From contig NC_068991.1 of NCBI RefSeq assembly GCF_001194135.2, positions 54,760,655-54,824,654 on the forward strand: DNA of 64,000 nt. Direction: 5' to 3'. Below, piece after piece: positions 1 to 64,000 of this stretch. The notes under the pieces were generated by a model. That model saw nothing but the letters and a program-made list of their open reading frames with translations, was not told where the DNA came from and did not search any database. Positions within the stretch are counted from its first letter, which is position 1; every line of letters starts with the position of its first letter. Source of the DNA: Octopus bimaculoides (lineage: Eukaryota). The position numbers and the translations under genes were made by a program.

Positions 1-186
1 GGAAAAGGTAAACAGCATCTAATTGTCCGGTTTTAGAGTAGCCTGAAATGTAGATGTACGGTTTTTCGTGCTGGTGTCGTTATAGAGACAACTTGGTTCA
101 ACCACACTCAAATGGGAGAGCTTGCTTGGTCGCTGTCTGCCTTGGTAAGAGACCGAATAATAGCGGGAACGCTTCGATGTTGAAAC

Positions 187-248
187 CCACGCATGCGTGG
201 TTAAGGATTCAGTAATGGCGCCTGCCTTTTGGCGCCAATATGACGTCA
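187..248. promoter_or_regulatory. Housekeeping-type motif cluster (NRF1-like palindrome, YY1-like ATGGCG, E2F-like GGCGCC x2, CCAAT, CRE)
   Basis: CCACGCATGCGTGG 187-200, ATGGCG 215-220, GGCGCC 217-222 and 231-236, CCAAT 235-239, TGACGTCA 241-248 in a CpG-retaining patch. Target gene unknown. Confidence 0.4.
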
Positions 249-547
249 CTACAAAATACTAGTGACTTCAGAACTCACTGCAGTTCGCCTGTCACTCACT
301 TTTGTTGTTATAGTCTCCCATTAAAGCGTAACCGATGAGACACACGTTCTATTATATGTATGACTGAACCCTTTTGATCTGACACCAAGAAAAAAAACTG
401 AAGCTGATGAATGGTACGTCAGAAGAGGTATTTGATAGTTATTTGAAAGAATTGATATAAGTGCAATAATACCAATGAGCAGTACCGTGTACTAAGGTAA
501 CGAGACGAGACCTGACAATTAATGGAATTATTTTGATAGATAGACAA

Positions 548-757
548 AGGTGATGGCTAGCAGAAATCGGACCAAATACTTAGTGATGTGTCTTCTGGCT
601 CTTCATGCTCTGAGTTCAAACTACGCCGAGGTCGGCTTTGCCTTCCATCTTTTGGGACGTCGATAAAATGAGTACCAATTAAGCGCTGGAGTCGATGTAA
701 TTGACCTTCTCCTCCCCTCAAAATTGCTGGCCTTGTGCCAAACTTAGAAAAGATTAT
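548..757 (+). mobile_element. tRNA-derived SINE, family B (central GCCTTTCATCCTTTCGGGGTCGATAAA..AGTACC domain)
   Basis: B-box GAGTTCAAA plus shared body. Other copies (approx.): 765-895(-), 2735-2810(-), 10455-10665(-), 23920-24115, 32470-32630(-), 40612-40800, 47040-47210, 49414-49610, 55775-55915, 57020-57565 (x3). Confidence 0.8.
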
Positions 758-1072
758 GACAGAGAGGGGGGAATTAACTCCAGTACTGATCAGTTAGTTT
801 ATTAGTCAGCCCCAATTTCGGCGGGATTTGACCTCCAAGCACTGAGATCGAGAATAAAGGCCGAAGTTCTCATGATACAGTCGACTCGACCATCTTTCTA
901 GTTAAAGAAACCTGGCTATGAATGGAATTACAATAGACACTCCAACGCAGACTCTTATTCGCTGAATTACATTGTCATAATTAGACATTAATTAAACAAG
1001 TGAACTTTCTGAGCTAATTATTCTCTTTGAAACTTTCAGTCAATTCAATCACTTCGCTACCCTGCAAGTTAA

Positions 1073-2317
1073 CCGGCACACCTACGCAAGGGTGTCCCCC
1101 GACCACGATTTTGTTTCCTCATAACAGCCATAAAAACTGATATTTTTTAATGACATTTTCTACAAACACGCTTCAGATGGTGTGAACTCCGATTATATCT
1201 AAATTTATGATGAAATAATTTTCTCCATGGGTAGGGAGAAGAGTTTCAGAAAATTCAAACGAGTTAGCTTTGTTTCCTCATAACTTTCAGAAAAATGTTT
1301 ATTTTCTTTTTCTTTCTTTTTTTTTTTTTCATGAAATTTCCTACAAATACCTTTCAGAGTATGTAGATTACGATTATATCGGAATTTAATATGAAAAAAA
1401 AAATTGGTGGACTCGAACACATACATATCACATATATCTACAAAATGAAACTTGAAATTTCAAAAAAAAATCGTGATGTGTGTCAGTGTGTATGTGTGCG
1501 TGTTCGCCATTTTTCTGTTTACATCAAATTCTGATATAATCGTAATTCACACACTCTGAAAAGAATTTGTTGAAAATTTCATTGAAAGTACTCATTTTTC
1601 TGAAAGTTATGAGGCATGACTTCCTTTTTGTACCCCACAAAAAATNNNNNNNNNNNNNNNNNNNNNNNNNNNNNNNNNNNNNNNNNNNNNNNNNNNNNNN
1701 NNNNNNNNNNNNNNNNNNNNNNNNNNNNNNNNNNNNNNNNNNNNNNNNNNNNNNNNNNNNNNNNNNNNNNNNNNNNNNNNNNNNNNNNNNNNNNNNNNNN
1801 NNNNNNNNNNNNNNNNNNNNNNNNNNNNNNNNNNNNNNNNNNNNNNNNNNNNNNNNNNNNNNNNNNNNNNNNNNNNNNNNNNNNNNNNNNNNNNNNNNNN
1901 NNNNNNNNNNNNNNNNNNNNNNNNNNNNNNNNNNNNNNNNNNNNNNNNNNNNNNNNNNNNNNNNNNNNNNNNNNNNNNNNNNNNNNNNNNNNNNNNNNNN
2001 NNNNNNNNNNNNNNNNNNNNNNNNNNNNNNNNNNNNNNNNNNNNNNNNNNNNNNNNNNNNNNNNNNNNNNNNNNNNNNNNNNNNNNNNNNNNNNNNNNNN
2101 NNNNNNNNNNNNNNNNNNNNNNNNNNNNNNNNNNNNNNNNNNNNNNNNNNNNNNNNNNNNNNNNNNNNNNNNNNNNNNNNNNATCGGAATCTGCCCCATC
2201 TGAAGAGAATTTGAAGAAAATTTCATTAAAAAAAAATCCATTTTTTTAAAATTTTTTTATGGAAGTTAGGAGACAACAAAATCGGGGCGGAGGAACACTC
2301 TTGTGTAGATATGCCAG
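1073..2317. mobile_element. Foldback/MITE-like DNA element with long imperfect TIRs, flanked by TTAA
   Basis: TTAA 1069-1072 and 2318-2321. Arms ~1073-1195 and ~2183-2317 are reverse complements (about 70% by eye). Internal perfect 22-bp IR CCTCATAACTTTCAGAAAAATG / CATTTTTCTGAAAGTTATGAGG. Gap 1646-2182 inside. Confidence 0.7.
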
Positions 2318-2488
2318 TTAACCTAACTGTAAGTGTAATTACAATAGAACCCCACTACTATCACGCAGAATCTTACTGAATCGCACTGTCGTAGTTGTCT
2401 TCCCTTACTCAAGATTTACCTCCCTTCTCTGCTAGCATTATTCCTTTCACTCTTCGTAGCGGACTGTTGCTCAGTGTCGTCTTCGACC
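2284..2488 (+). promoter_or_regulatory. Probable EPRS core promoter and 5' UTR with GC box
   Basis: GGGGCGGAG at 2284-2292, then CpG-retaining pyrimidine-rich sequence up to the ATG; TSS not determinable from sequence. Confidence 0.45.

Positions 2489-64000
<61,512 letters not shown>

Noticed and set aside
19-249. 76-aa minus-strand ORF, and ATG CTG TTT at 18..1
   Set aside because: No recognisable domain or splice structure; overlaps promoter-like motifs. A divergent gene cannot be supported from this window alone.
2419-2460. TCT/5'TOP initiator (TTCCTTTCAC)
   Set aside because: Imperfect match and the TSS is unknown; pyrimidine runs are common here.

Overview
AT-rich, repeat-dense eukaryotic DNA with eight N gaps. 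The SINE/RTE repeat families look octopod (Octopus-like); this is my inference, not a database result. One gene fills the window on the + strand: the bifunctional glutamyl-prolyl-tRNA synthetase EPRS (EPRS1 orthologue). I traced 32 coding exons from the ATG at 2489 to the window edge: 4181 coding nt (~1393 codons), all introns GT-AG, frame continuous. The order is GST-like domain, class I GluRS (HVGH and LSKRK motifs), three WHEP repeats, then class II ProRS; the 3' end lies beyond 64000. The introns and upstream region hold tRNA-derived SINEs, more than 20 RTE-LINE 3' ends, RTE ORF2 fragments that together show a C4HC3 PHD-like finger, TTAA MITEs, a DD41D Tc1/mariner deletion derivative, a Merlin-like MITE, Helentron-like elements and foldback elements. 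The most notable observations are: (1) several long inverted repeats close to exons that should form pre-mRNA dsRNA, one with a hammerhead-like core in its loop; (2) WHEP repeats split by identically placed phase-0 introns, so repeat number could be changed by exon skipping; (3) a candidate coding-region polyadenylation (PAY-like) site in WHEP2; (4) a foldback transposon that places a GC box in the probable EPRS promoter. I found no evidence of a wholly new multi-gene system; the findings are hypotheses about RNA structure, splicing and transposons.
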